Below are positions 36,945 to 50,613 of a stretch of DNA of 64,000 bases, one piece after another. Both the position numbers and the translations under genes were made by a program. Under the pieces are notes generated by a model. It was not told where the DNA came from. It was given only the letters and a program-made list of their open reading frames with translations, and made no database searches. Each line of letters starts with the position of its first letter. Position 1 is the stretch's first letter. The DNA is from Marsupella aquatica (taxonomy: Eukaryota; Plantae; Marchantiophyta): contig OZ316894.1 of assembly GCA_973895155.1 (NCBI GenBank), forward strand, positions 5,852,944 through 5,916,943, in the 5' to 3' direction.

Positions 36945-38195
36945 TGACTAGTAAGAAAAGAAAGGTGAGCAAGGATTCTTCAATACCCTTAAATGTTCCC
37001 AGCTTCGACGAATTATGGCCCCTTAACCTGCCGATTAATTTGGCAAGAGCTTGACCCATTCTCTCCGATGACAAGTTGGAGAGCGAACATGAGAAGTTCA
37101 AGCCAGGGATGTGGCTGACTCCTGTGACAAAAGACTTGTTGGATCAATGCATGCCTAAAGTCTGAGTGCTGCCCTATCCTCGTGGCGACACAACGTCACC
37201 AGGAAGGCTGGGCGGCTTGAATTGTCACCAGACAATTCTTGCACACAACACTTTTGCTGTGAGGGTTTTAGTACAAGCAGCGGTGGTTCCATTTGTCTAC
37301 AGTAGGTTGGGAAGTACTTATCACCGGCACGTAAAGGTGTTGCACAACAATCATGAAACTTTTGTGACGAGGATTATGTACAGGCGTCACACTCGACTAC
37401 GGCAGAGGTAGCAGCACTAGTCACCTCTCAGAAAACGGTAGTTGGCTAACCCGACAACTCCCCTGTTCCCACTGTCTACTGGGCTACATGAGAGTCTTAC
37501 ACCAATGTGCCAACAGTGACTGGAACTCTTTTTCACATTAACAATAAAGTTGTCCATGAGGCGTTGATACGAGTCTTGCACAATGTCAACAGTGAATGAA
37601 ACTCTGTCACATTAACAGTAAAATTGTTCATGAGGCCTGGATATGAGAATTGTACACAATGCTCAGAGGCAGTGATCCTTCTGGCCACATTAACAGTGAG
37701 TTGCTCATGAGGTCCGGATATCAGAGTCATACACAATGCCAACATTAGAGTTGTCCCTGTTGAGGCCAAATCATTGTGATTTTACTGTTATTTAGGCACA
37801 GATTTATGTGTCAGTTGAACTACAGTAGAACTAGTCAGGACTAAAATAGTGACTCAAACTCCCGAAAGGGGTTTTGGGATGTGCTTTCCTACAAGGCATC
37901 CTGCAAGACATCGATCGAGCAGTACTTCAAGTTCACGGCACTGCCCCAACTACAACAGGTAGAGTTTCATGAGTCAATCTGCGTTGCGGGAATTTACTGT
38001 AATTACTTGTTTTTGGGGCAATCATCCTTCATTTCACCCCATTCTTAAACATACAAATCTAGTGATTGAACTCTTTGTCATAAGCACTTACTATATCACA
38101 CTCGTATGAATCTCTTACGGCAGATGATTGTGGTGCAACCGTGTTGTTGGTAATTGGAGGGAGACTGTCCATGCAACCACGTCTCCCTTACTAGT
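36945..38195 (+). pseudogene. Probable decayed Ulp1/C48 peptidase-like (TE-borne) pseudogene
   Basis: Interrupted + frames contain FKPGMWLTPVTKDLL (cf. LxPxxWLNDEVI), ILAHNTFAVRVL (cf. FNTFF..KL) and, across a putative intron plus frameshift, LPQLQQ / DDCGATVLLVI (cf. PQQxxxxDCG). Multiple stops are present and the catalytic His was not located. Confidence 0.35.
37490..37760. repeat. Degenerate ~75-bp tandem array (cacaatg...cacattaaca.t.a.ttg.tcatgagg), 3-4 copies
   Basis: Repeated motifs read directly from the sequence. Confidence 0.65.
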
Positions 38196-40171
38196 ACAAT
38201 ACTCTTAGTAACAATTTAGCTAGCCCGCATGAGTGTCCATGTCTGATAGCAAGTCTGTTGTCAAGAATACAGAGGATAATGCGAGGTCTCATGACTCGAC
38301 TGATCCAGAAACTTTATTCATCGATCGATCAAGTATGAAATAATTAGCCCATCATCATTCTATCAACATAAATTGATAGCTTTCCGCCAGATGTCGACCT
38401 ACTCGGGGTGTTGTTTCATTCTCTGTTAATGTGTGGGTCTCCTGCTTACGCATACGTGCATTCATCCCTTGTAAGTCTATTACTGTGTCTATGAAGTTCT
38501 CAGCTGCACTGCTGCATGCATGCGCAAGGGTTCCTGTGTATTCATACGTAATGATTATGTCTGTACACTGAATTATCTTGCCGCTTCTTCAGGTCCTTGG
38601 ATCCAATGCTCTTGAGGAGTGGTACAACCACATTGAAGGTGCAGCTACGGTGGTAGTGCATGTCCTGCAAAATCATCGAAGCCATTAGTTTTGTACATAT
38701 GTTGGCCATCTGTAGTCTGTCAGTGGTAGCCGGTCGGACTCGATTGGGCAGCAGGTGGCCACAAAGGACGGTTATGATGATTCACGTACGCCAACATCTT
38801 GCAGTCTTGAACAACCCCATTGTGGATGTAAAAGCAAGTGAGGGAGCCATCATGGCTCACTGATGTGTGGACAATCTAGAAAGTAACTACAATCTGTCGA
38901 CTTGATTTCCTCCATATCGTATTCGTCTTCGGGCTTGATCGAGTCTGGTAAAGGAACCCAGGCAAGCTAATCTCTTCTAAGTGCGTAAATGGGGAAGGGA
39001 TCCATCACGTTTTAGTTGTGGCCCTGTCAACAGATAGCTGATTTGATCTCCAAAGGCTTTCCGCCCACTACTCTAGTTAGATGGTCTCAATTGAAGAGGT
39101 GGAAGAGTGTAGAGTCATCGATCAGAATACTTCGTAAAGATTTATACAAAACATAAACATGCCAAAAGAATTCAATTTAAGGTAATTATCTTATAAAAAT
39201 TGGAGAGAGAATGATGTCGAGGGCCCCAGAACTCGTCAACACAAATTCATGGCGATAGCATAAAGTGCAAGGACATCATGACTGCCTTAAAGTGGAAATT
39301 GGTTCTGAATCTGTACCTGCAGAAGCCAGGTTTGAAGAGGTGTTAGTTGGTTGGCCCCCGGCCAGCCCCGTCCATCATAATGATTGTCTGTATTTTGGTC
39401 TATAGCCCTTGTTCCTGCTGCCTGGTGTGAGCCGCTTCGAAAAATTGATCACGGCTTGCGTCTGTCTGCCACTGGCACCGAAAGTCGACTGAATCATCCG
39501 GACTCTTGAGAAAATCGGCTGCACAAATCAAACACGGTCGGACAAGAAATTAGCCTTCCGATGATTTTCTGATGTCCGTCGAACTCCATCCGTTGACCAT
39601 CATATAGCCAACCAAGAAATGAGAATACATCACACGTACGTGCTTTTGATGACTTCAACTAAGTTGATTTCTGGCTCAATGATCATATCAAATAATTTTG
39701 TGTCTCATTTCGACGTGGAATCTGGGACAACTCGTTTCCGGGCAACAATTCCTACATCATCAATATATACATTTTTATATATGTCCAGAATCGTCGAGAA
39801 GATAGAGCGAAAATTGGACTAAACTGACATATATGCACTCCTCCAAATGACTGAGCTGCAGCAACACCCAAGTTGGTGTACGCTAATTGCCACACAAAGT
39901 GTCGGGATTGGACAACGGAGAAGAAGACGCCAGTCATTGAACAGTCGTTGCTGAAGCGCACAACTGTCCAATTTTGTTCCGGTCTGGTCCATTCATGATC
40001 TATGTGTGGGTTGAGCTCAGCTGAGATGGATGTTTTACTAATTGTAGATTCAATCCTAGACATCTCGAACAAATGAAAAATCATGGTGATAGCCGAATTA
40101 CACCCAGCACAGTTCTGAATATTGATGGCGGCTGCCGCATGATTATGATACAAGGATCAATTAAGACTGCA

Positions 40172-41092
40172 CTACGAGGGGGATTGATCTTCCCTTACCA
40201 TGCATGACAAAAATCCCGAGGGACGGACATGATCATCGGTCTCGGAGGACTCGCTGTCCCCGTCATCTGAACCTTCGTTGGACTCGCTACTTCCACCAAA
40301 ATTGGGAGGTGCGACGGCAGTAGCAGTGGCAAAATTCACGAGATTTCCAAGGGCAAGGAGGTCGCTCGTGGAGCCACCCGCAGCTCTCGGTCCACCACCA
40401 CCACCGGAGCTCACAGGCGAGGGCATCTGAGGCGACATGGAGGTCGAGCTGAAGCTCGTGGACTCTAATGACCACTGCTTTCGCATCGTTGTTGTTGATG
40501 ATGATGATGCAGTAGATGATGCTGGAGGCTCCTGATCATCCGACGCCCGCGCGGAGCTATACTCGTCGTCTGATACCTCTGGCCAGTCGAAATCAGAACG
40601 TTTGCTCAAGCAGCTCTTACTCCGCGATCGCTGATGGGCAAAGCTGCTGTCCGCAGTCGTCGTACTAGCACTACTCCTGCTGCTCATGGAATACGAGATT
40701 TCTGGTCTGCTATAGCTCCTGGACTTGGAGGGCAGACCGGATTTCTGCTGATCCTTAAATGAAGCAGGTACGAAAGGGTTTAAGGGTGAATTCGAGGCAG
40801 ATGGAGGGGGTCGAAGTTGTAGCCGTCCGGACTCTTGATGGCCATCGACGACCGCCTGGGACGAACGATCTACAATGGGCGTTCCTGGAGCAGCCTCCCA
40901 CTTGAAGGGCACGGAGAGGTGCTCGTTCCCGTTGTAGTAGGACATTCTGGATGGCTCAAATTCGCACTCAGATAGTCGCGCAGGCAGGTTGCAGAAGACG
41001 AGCGAGGGTCCCTCGTCCGCCATTGCCCTCATACTGCAATTCAGCGTATCGTGAGTCAGCTGATCCCGCGCAATCCCTCTGACTAACATCAT
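40172..41092 (-). CDS. DUF688-like Ser-rich plant protein (single exon; start codon uncertain, 41092 or a downstream ATG)
   Basis: Contains the hallmark LSVPFKWEAAPGTP motif followed by LQLRPPP and long Ser-rich low-complexity sequence, in an open frame of >300 codons. Confidence 0.78.
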   Translation of the reverse strand: MMLVRGIARDQLTHDTLNCSMRAMADEGPSLVFCNLPARLSECEFEPSRMSYYNGNEHLSVPFKWEAAPGTPIVDRSSQAVVDGHQESGRLQLRPPPSASNSPLNPFVPASFKDQQKSGLPSKSRSYSRPEISYSMSSRSSASTTTADSSFAHQRSRSKSCLSKRSDFDWPEVSDDEYSSARASDDQEPPASSTASSSSTTTMRKQWSLESTSFSSTSMSPQMPSPVSSGGGGGPRAAGGSTSDLLALGNLVNFATATAVAPPNFGGSSESNEGSDDGDSESSETDDHVRPSGFLSCMVREDQSPS

Positions 41093-41214
41093 ATCTATCT
41101 CTTCAGACTGGTCAGGACAGGTCACACGTCTCCTTTTTTCCAAGCTTGTATACAATCTAATTGACAATCACCTAGCTCAACCTACTAGCCTCAATTCCTG
41201 AAGAGTCAGCCCGC

Positions 41215-41317
41215 CCCAACTGCTCGACTGATGAGTGTGAGTCCCAACTGCTTGACTAATGAGTGTGAGTCCCAACTGCTTGACTGATGAGTGTGAGTCC
41301 CAACTGCTCGACTGATA
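41215..41317. repeat. 29-bp tandem repeat (tgagtgtgagtcccaactgct.gact.a), ~3.5 copies, upstream of the DUF688-like ORF
   Basis: Read directly from the sequence. Confidence 0.88.
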
Positions 41318-43305
41318 TGAGGGGAAGCAGCCAACTGTCGAGCTAGCCACACTCGTAGGGTAGGGGAGGAAGCTAAGGAAGGAATAACTCTGCGCTGCAA
41401 TACGGAGGAGGCCAGCTTTTGGCACAGCAAAGGAGGTGCTAGCCAACTACCGATAGAGGAGCAGGACGAAAGTCTGAAGAAATAATATGCCCCAAGAATG
41501 ATCCGTATTTGCATGCGTACAGAAGATTCGAAAGGACCTCGGCAGTACCGACCGGGCAACCAGTTGTATCCCAGGACTAAAGGAGATCGAGCAAGGAATG
41601 ATGCAACAACGGTCTGCAGGCTTCGGCAGAGGTTTATTCCACTGCAATTCTCTCCACTGTGCACAGAAGCCCCGACTGAAGCATGATCGACTATTGATCA
41701 ATTACTCGTGCTTTCAGAACAGAACATAACACAACCTCGATCATTCAACAAAATTTCAAATTCTGTCCGAGCGAGGGCCGTTCTACAGGGCGAGGCCGAG
41801 GAGAGGCGAGGACCGTTGTGCGGCAGGTTCAAGAGAATCATTTAAATCTCTCTCGCTCACAGTAAACTGCCAGGACTGAAGAATGGACGAAAAAACTTAG
41901 AAGCCAAGCACTGTTACTCATGGAGTGATGACTGACAGCACCAGCAACTGTCGTGTCGCTGCTCAGGTTTTGACCTCGATCGTTGTTCAATTGGCCCGCC
42001 CGGTTGATAAGCTAGAATCGAGTATTCACGACTCTTTGAAGCCAGGTTACTGTAGCCAGGCGACGCACACTGTTGCGTTGGTGTCCCCCAATAGCAGGGC
42101 AGGCGGACCTGAGAAGCAAGCTGAATCGACGAATCTACGGACGTCCGGATATATAAAAATATATGCCACTCAGAAGAGTCTTCCGAACGGTTGGAATGAA
42201 TGATCAGAATTTTGTCAAATTGATCACCACCAGACGGCAACTAAACTAATTAGAATCCATGATCCCAAAGAGACCATGAGCTACAGTGCGTTGCTAGCGT
42301 CAAGGCAGTGGCCGCCAGCCCGATTCGAATCCGGCGCTTAGTGCGAGTGTGAACGCTGCAACTGCCCTAACTTCTGTGATCATTCCATAGCTTTTTCTAT
42401 AATCATAACCACTACTCCTACTACGACTTTCTCATCGGTTCGTTTTTGCCGCATCCTGCGGCATCCACTGACCCATTCGCGCCATGGCAGATCCTCTTAA
42501 TTTGCAGGCACTTCTGTTTCCATCTCAAACCACCATTCTGAAAGAGAATCAAATTTTATAAATCAGGGAAAAACAAAGTACATCGTTCGTTCTTTTCTCA
42601 GCGCGTTTTGATTCAAATTTAGACAAACGACAAGACGATCTCGTTGGTGTCCAAAGAATGCTTGGTGAGCTGCATGAGGCATCGTTCAGCATTCGGCAAA
42701 TTGCTAAATTGCTAGACTGGGTCGCATGTCGAAGGTAAATCGAAACAGCTGACGACGAGCTGATGGAGTGAGGGGGGGGGGGGATTCGTGGCACGCTTTC
42801 GCACATCCAACAGACCCAATCAAATATTTACGTTATTAATAAACGCTCCCAGTCTGCGTCTGGAGATCGGGAGACTGAGGGGACAATTTTGGATTTTGCA
42901 GAGAGGGCCATTTGTTATTTTGTTGGGAGTCTCTTCAGTTAACGTTTCCAGAATATAGTTGTAGGATAGGATTAGAGATTTAGAGCTCGACCGTAGAAAT
43001 GATGCCGTGATGTGTCGCCGGCCGGGCGGGACGGGATGCTTGCCTCACGGGAGGGAATCCCACCGTTGGGACCTTTCCGTCCGGTAGCAGCTTCCGGCTG
43101 GGCGTCGCGTACGGGTACGTGTTTTCCCCTCCCGTGAAACTTTAAGAATTGCCTTTTTTATTAATTCCGTAAATGCAAGTTGAAGCAATGAAGCCGCTTC
43201 GAGTGAGAGCGATAACTACAGTAGCGTTTGATTACCGGTTACTCTATCCTCTATTAGGACAAAAAGGGACTTTGCACAACCAGAAAAGTGATTTATTTCC
43301 TGTTC

Positions 43306-43570
43306 ATTTTTGGCCCATCCAGTTTTTTTGGTCGCACCCTCATTTGATGCCTTTAGATAGTATAGAGTCATGGTCTAGGGTTTGCGGATTTTTGGCCCCA
43401 TCCAGTTTTTTTGGTCGCACCCTCATTTGATGCCTTTAGATAGTATAGAGTCATGGTCTAGGGTTTGCGGATTTTTGGCACCATCCAGTTTTTTTGGTCG
43501 CACCCTCACTTGATGCCTTTAGATAGAGTCATGGTCTAGAGTTTGCGTGGCACCCTCACTTGATGCTTTT
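43306..43570. repeat. ~82-bp tandem array x3, part of a dispersed repeat also seen inverted at ~28270-28320
   Basis: catccagtttttttggtcgcaccctca.ttgatgcctttagatag..agagtcatggtctag occurs three times. gtcatggtctagag.cttcact at ~43830 matches the reverse complement of ~28288-28312. Confidence 0.82.
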
Positions 43571-46044
43571 AGTTAGAGACTTCCCTCTAGATAATAGGCC
43601 CAAGAAATAGCATTTGCCTATTGTTGTTTTCATCGCATACTCATTTTCAATGATGCCCTTAGTTAGAGTCACGGCCTAGAGTAGTGGGACAAACCTAATT
43701 ACCGGTTCCCTGAATATATATAGATGAGACAAAAAAAAATACTGCAAAACAAAATTCCTTGTTTCTTCCGGCTCATCTCTGTGCCCGCCCCACCCTGTTT
43801 TCCTTAGGCACTTTAAGCAATCCCCTTAGTCATGGTCTAGAGTCTTCACTCTAGACAATAGGCCTCACTAGATTTTAATTTGCAATGATATAATTACTAG
43901 CCTCATTACCCAATCCTAGAACATGTATAGAGCTGAATGCAAAAACTTCAACCTTGCAAACAAAAAGAGATTATTTACTATTTCCCATCAACTTTGCCCC
44001 ATCCCTGTCTTTAAATTATGGTAGTTTAAATATGGTTTGAAATTATGGTAGTTTAATTGCTGAAAGTTTCTTTTTCTTCTTTTTGATTATCAGCCCCATG
44101 CACCCTCCTCACCCCCTCCCCCAATGCTCTCTCCCTCACTTGCTCTTTTACCGCCTCCATGGGTGCCATTAGCCTTGCTGTCCATGATTTGCCATTTTCC
44201 CTCTATGCCTCACCTCACCATTTATGCCTTGCCCTTGCCTTTTGTGCCTTTGCCTCAATCACCATCCATGCCTCATCCATTGTTCCTCCCTCTTGCTAAT
44301 TGACAAGGCAAGGGTATTGGCTACGGCCTTCTTCATTAAATTCAACTTTATTATACTAGTTGGAAGTAATCAGTGGACCCCCATGTTCATCCAAGGAATG
44401 TGTGTGTGATGAAGTGAAATCAATTTTCAGCAAGGCAGTAACCAATGGTTTTGAGTCACCTGGTGGTCTTGGTGTGTGTTGGTGCAAACGAGAATGCTCA
44501 AAAGATAGAGGAGATCGAGGTTGAGATGATCTCCCTGGTTTATCGAACGCAAGGTTGAATGTGGAAGAATTGACAGAGTTTTTTGATAGTTTTTGCTTAC
44601 ACATTGGAGAAATCATCTTTCTACCATTTCTATTGATCATTTGTGAGTTATGTTGAGCATTATCACCACAAGATAGACTGGAGGACAACACTCAGCTGTT
44701 GGCAAAAGAGCGTTTGTCGTATCGGTGGGAAGAACGCACAAAATGGACAAGCCATCACTTCACATGAAGGTTTTGTAGTTTTTTATTTAAGAAAGCTATG
44801 GTGTGAGGGGGAGACCAGCGATTGTGTCTTTGACATAGAGGTTGCACTTGGAGTTAGCCTGTGTTCAGAGTGGCTTCAATTGAAGACTGGAGGGATGCAA
44901 ACAATTCAAGTCAGGAAACAAGCGTTGCAGACAAGCGATGGCGACATAATCAAATAAATCAATTTGTAGCAGCTAAGTTTGTGACGGTGATGAGATTGTT
45001 ACATCTTTTAATCAAGGGTTTCCAAATGAGTTTTTGAATTTCTCTGCCTTTTAAATGAGTTTGACAATAATAAATTTTGATAATGAGTGCATGAATTCTT
45101 TTAGCTTTTCAACATTGACAAATTTCATGTCAGATTTTGTCACGGTACTAAAGAGATCATGAAGTTTTCAATCACTCTAGTTTCTAATGTGTCACATTGG
45201 GAATATTCGTCAAGAATTAGAGAGATCATATACTAAGGAGATGATGAGTTTCTAATTTCACTCTAGCTTTCCTATGAGTGTGACATTGAGATATTTAATC
45301 AAGAGAGTACTAAAGAGGTCATGAGTTTCTAAATCTTGATCTTGAGCTTTCTAATGAATCAATCATTGACAGATTTCATCAAGTACTAAGGAGATGGATT
45401 ATTTAGTTTTACAATTTGGAGCCAAAGGGGTTCACACTATGTACATTTCTAAGGATCGGATTGGTTTTTCAAACTTGCAAACAATTATAAAATACAAGCA
45501 TCAAGCCTTTCTCAAATAATACATTATGTCACAATGAGAGCAAAAAGTGGCAAGAAACAAGACCCCCATCTTTAAAATTCAAAGTCCTCTCAAATTTTCA
45601 ATTCTCAACAAAGGTTGACAATATTAGACTAGCTGGAGAGCCTTTTTCCAAGCCTTGTCTAATAGTCCCCCAAAACTGATCTGATTGAATATAAAGGAAC
45701 AATTCAAGAGGGAAATTTATTAGGGAAAGCGTTTAGAAACAGAATCTGTGAACTCAGGGGGGATCCAAATAACCTCCTTTGTAGGAAAAGTAAGTTTTGT
45801 ACACAAAGTTGATGTCACCCAGCTTCATATGCCTGATTTGATACTGTGAAACCCTGGAAAGTTAGAATCCTATCCTATCTAGAAGCTTGGAATTAATGGA
45901 AACCCATCTGAGCTTTTATTAGTCATCTCTCAATGAAAACCAACACTACCAAAAATTAGTCGGAATGGAACACAATGTTTGATAAGCAACTTACAGTATG
46001 GACAACCCAGATAGACCATTTCAAACGTCAAATAAGCTTGAATG

Positions 46045-46337
46045 TGTTAGAGATATTCAATTAGTATCTTTATCAAGTTCTTACTTACTAATCTAGTTCA
46101 TATCCATGTACTTAGATCACATTGGACAATATACTTATGATCTTCAACTGAAGAGACATATACTCTAGGGTCGCTCTCCAAGTGACATGTTGAAGAGACA
46201 CCTGATAGTGATGAATGTCGATTGACATCTAGTCTGATCTATTTAGTCGAGAGAGATTTTTGACTCGGATTGTATTCATTTCATTTCAATACATTTGTTA
46301 TTTGTTGAGTGTATTTCATTTCTCTCTAAATCCCACA
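46045..46337 (+). repeat. 5' LTR (293 bp)
   Basis: TGTTAGAG...ATCCCACA, near-identical to 51474-51773. Confidence 0.95.
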
Positions 46338-46350
46338 TGGTATCAGAGCC
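46338..46350 (+). promoter_or_regulatory. Primer-binding site complementary to the 3' end of initiator tRNA-Met
   Basis: TGGTATCAGAGCC immediately follows the 5' LTR. Confidence 0.93.
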
Positions 46351-48911
46351 TTCTGATAAAAATTTCTCTGATTAAGCAAAATTGAGAAGTTGACGGATGC
46401 CTCAACCTTCTCATAGTAGATAGGGACGCCTTCTACTCCTTTTCTCAAATCAGTCAAATCAATTTTATTGTTTAATTTTGCTACATCATTTATATGATGT
46501 CTGCTCTTTATATGATGTCTGCTCTTACGGCTGCTTCCGTTTTGAAAATTTTGGATTACAAGCAATTTGACGGTACAGGCTGTGCAATGTGGCATCAACG
46601 AATGATGGGGATTACAAGCAATTTGACGGTACACCTTATAAAATCCTGTCAATTGTTGATGGAACAAAAGTTAAGCCCACTCAACCTTTGGTTGGTCCCA
46701 ACACTGTAGAAGAATGAGACAATGATAATGCAATAGCCCTAGCGTTTCTCCAGCACAGCATAGGAGATTCCCGATTTAATCATATTAGTGGTCTTACTAC
46801 TGCTGCAGAAGCTTGGAAGAAATTATCGGACTTGTATGAAGATTTGTTACATATGATGTAGATAAAGGAAAATGACAGTCTAACAAAACATATTCACAGT
46901 TTTGAAACTATAGTTGATCAATTGACTACATCAGGCTGTTCTCACTGACAAAAGCCAACGTCTAAGTCTGTTACATAGCCTTCCCTTTTCCTATAAATAT
47001 TTTGTGTCATCTTTAAGGGCTCAACCTCTCTCACAAGCTGTGGTCCTTCTCTTACAAGAAGAGATTGCACTCAAGTCTACACAAGAACCAGAAGCCACAT
47101 CCACTGCTCTTTATGCAGGTAAAAATGTTTCTAAAGGCAAACATCATCAGTCTGGTCAGTGCAGACCACCTCAATGTTCTAGTGGCAACTCTCATTTTCC
47201 ACCTAGAAATATGTGCACTTTTCTACTGATTGGGCTAGTACTTCAAATTCCCAAGCCACTTCCTCAACATTTAGCCAGAAAAATCCTTATAAGAATATGC
47301 GTTGTTTTTGTTGCAATCTAAAAGACCATCATGTCAAGGATTGCCGCAAACGGCTTGCTGCTGAAGCTTCTACATAGCGACTACGAAGTGATCAATACAG
47401 TCCTTCCAATAACTCAACACAATTATGTACTGCTGTTGCTTATACATCAATGCATTTTCCTTCCCAAGATAATACTTGGTATTTAGACATTGGTGCTACA
47501 CACCACATGGCCCATAATGTTGCTTATTTCACGTCATATAAGACACATGCTTCTCCAGAATTTGTGTATCTAGGAGATAATTCAAAGCAACCTATGCATA
47601 TATGTGGAGATGTATCCAAGGCATCCTTCTAAGTGAAAGACATACACGGGTCAATTTCTAATGTTCTCCACATCCTTGGCCTGACTAAAAATTTATTCTC
47701 CATCAAGCAGTTAGATACTGGTGGTGGATATGCACACATTTCACAAGGCAAGTGCACTCTTAGTAATTGTAAGGGTGATCACATCACTACTGTCTTGCTC
47801 ATTGCAGCATGATCTATATAAATTGGGACAAGCAGTGCTTCCTAATCCTTACTATTGTTGTCATTCCAATCATCCATAGCAGAGATTTTGAGTTGTGGCA
47901 CAGCCGTCTTGGTCATGTAAGCTCATCCCTCAGCTCATCCCATATTCTGCAACTACAAAAGCATAATATCTTCAACTACTTGCACGACATGCATCTATGG
48001 CAAACAGTCAAGGTGCTCTTTTCCAACTGTTGATGTTAAACGTGCTTCTCACATGCTTGGACTGATCCACTCCAACATTTGTGGCCCCATCACTCCTTTT
48101 ACTAATTCAGGTTAGATATATGTCATCTCATTTATTGATGTTTTTTGAGATATTCTACAATGTACATAATACAACAAAATCCAAGGCTTTAGAGTGTTGT
48201 AAGTAGTTCTCACTTCTTGTTGAGAATCAACATTCTCCTCATAATGGTGGAGAATATATATCAACTGAATTGCTTTCAATTGCTTTTGTAATTCAATTAT
48301 GAAGCCATCAAGCAACAATTAACTATTCCTTACACTCCACAACAGAATGGTGTTGCGGAACGTAAAAATTGCACTCTCGTCAATGCTATTCTGTCAATGT
48401 CTTATGAGTCCCAACTCCCAAAATTATGTTGGGGAGAGGCACTGATCAGTGCTAACTACATTCAAAATTGCCTTCCAACTAAATCTTCCCATGACCAAAC
48501 CCCTTATGCACTTTGTTTTGGCAAGAAACCAGATATTAGTTATTTCAAAGTCTTTGGCATTGCTGCACTTGCTCACATTGACAATCCTCAGCGTCGCAAA
48601 CTTGATTTTTGCACATAAGAATGCATCTTTCTTGGCTACAGTGAACAATCCAAGGCATTCATTTGTGTTTAGAGAGAAAGCATGATTGCAAGATCATATT
48701 ATCTCGCGATGCTATTGAAGATCGCCGACCCTCACTTCCTTCCTTAGTACTGGCAGTTTCCATTACTGAAGACGATGAACTAATTAATTCTACGATCTGA
48801 TCCTAAGTTTTTCCTGTTTCTTTTAAGGAAGGGATAAATCCTGAACATTCCAACCATTCCTCCTAATATTGCACCATCACTTATTCCATTTTCTTTAGGG
48901 AGAGCTATTTC

Positions 48912-49240
48912 CTCGGGGGGGGTCACTATATGGAGGGCCATACATCGCGTGCGACGTTTTAGGGTTTGACCCCCCTAACTTATAAGTGAATTTTTTTTTT
49001 TTGCAAAGCCCTTTCTTTCTTTAAATTTTGTCATTTTTTATTAAAAAACCCCTAAAAACTTTAAAGAAAATATTTTTTGCAATTAAATAGGCCTATGTGT
49101 TCTTTAAAGTCGACCAGTCAATAAAACATGCCCTATGTGTTCTTCCACCAAACTTTGGAAGTCTTCCGCCACACCCATTTAAATGGGCCTATACTTCGTC
49201 GCACGTGATGTGCCACTTCCATGGAAGTGACCCCCCTGAG
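48912..49240. mobile_element. MITE (329 bp) nested in Copia, 8-bp TSD GCTATTTC
   Basis: Ends are CTCGGGGGGGGTCACT...AGTGACCCCCCTGAG. GCTATTTC is present at 48904-48911 and 49241-49248. The interior is AT-rich. Confidence 0.92.
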
Positions 49241-50333
49241 GCTATTTCTAGTGTTCACAACATACCTCCTTCTCCATCAAGCGTCGCTACTTAATTCAGT
49301 GGGAGTTCATTCTGGTGTTCAGCAAGTATCACCTTATTCACCAGTCAGATAGTATTACTACTCCTCATCATTCCCCAATTGCTATCTGTTCTCCATCTTC
49401 TAGCTCATATTCCATTTTCTTCTTCATCAAGCTCACCTGGTTTGGCTCCACTTCATCAAAGTGGTTGCGTCACCAAACAGGTAGAGAATATGATTCTATT
49501 ATAATTTATTGAACAAGCTACTGATCAAGCACTAGCTAAAGCAAAGAAGGCTTCACAAGAGGCTGATAAGAAGCAATTATGGGTACTTCTTACACCATTG
49601 GAGACTCTTCCTGAACCCAAGACATATTGACAAGCTATGACTGGACCTGACGCTTCACATTGGAAAGATGCCATTTCAGTTGAGTTACAGAACATGGCCA
49701 GAATGCAAGCATGGAAGTTGGTACCTTTACCACGTGATCTTAGCACTGTTGGCTGTAGATGGGTTTTTATAATTAAACCCACTTATGATGGCCACATTCA
49801 CAAATATAAAGCTTGTTTGGTTGCTAAGGGTTTTACTCAAATTCCTGGAATTAATTATACTGACACTTTTTCTCCAACAGTTCGCCTTCAATCTTTGCGC
49901 ACTTTATTTGCACTAGCTGTTCAGTTCAATCTGACTATACATCAATTAGATGTGATTGCTGCTTTTCTCTATGGTAAACTTTATCAAGAGATCTACATGG
50001 ACCTTCCTCTTGGTTTGGAAGTTTCTGATCCATCATTAGTCTGCCTTTTAGATCGCTATATATATATGGTTTGAAACAGTCCGCTTTAAAGTGGTATGAA
50101 AGATTCCACTATGCTTTACTAAATATTAGTTTCATTAGTTCTATTGCTGATAACAATATTTACACTCTCAGGCACGGATCTGCTTTCATTATTCTTGCTC
50201 TTTATGTTGACGACACCATTCTAGCTAGTTCTAGTGATTCTTTACTTCAAGAAATCAAAATTCTCTTGAGTAAAGAATTTGACATGATAGATCTTGGTCT
50301 TGCTTATCATATACTTGGTATGCACCTTCAACG

Positions 50334-50613
50334 CTCGGGGGTTTCACTTCCACAAAAATGGCAAATTATGTGCAATGAAGGATAGGGTTATTTTATTGGT
50401 TTAAAGGGAAGACTTAAGAATTTTCTCAGAAGAACAATAGGGTCTTTTAAATCCAATTTTAAGACTTATAAGAACATTAGGGTCTTTCTAACCAAAATTT
50501 GAGAATATTCCAACTTTATAGGGGTTGAATTTTTTTTCTTACATTTTAGGGGGTCTGAGGCCTAAAAACGTCGTAGGTGATGGGGGAGACATCCATATAG
50601 TGAGACCCCCGAG
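50334..50613. mobile_element. MITE (280 bp) nested in Copia RT, 8-bp TSD CTTCAACG, same family as 48912 in opposite orientation
   Basis: TIRs are CTCGGGGGTTTCACT / AGTGAGACCCCCGAG. CTTCAACG is present at 50326-50333 and 50614-50621. Confidence 0.93.

Noticed and set aside
42285-42345. GATTCGAATCC T-loop-like motif suggesting a tRNA
   Set aside because: There is no acceptor or anticodon stem, and the T stem is mismatched.
44400-44960. Coding-like composition, possible pseudogene
   Set aside because: All frames examined are interrupted and no recognisable motif was found.
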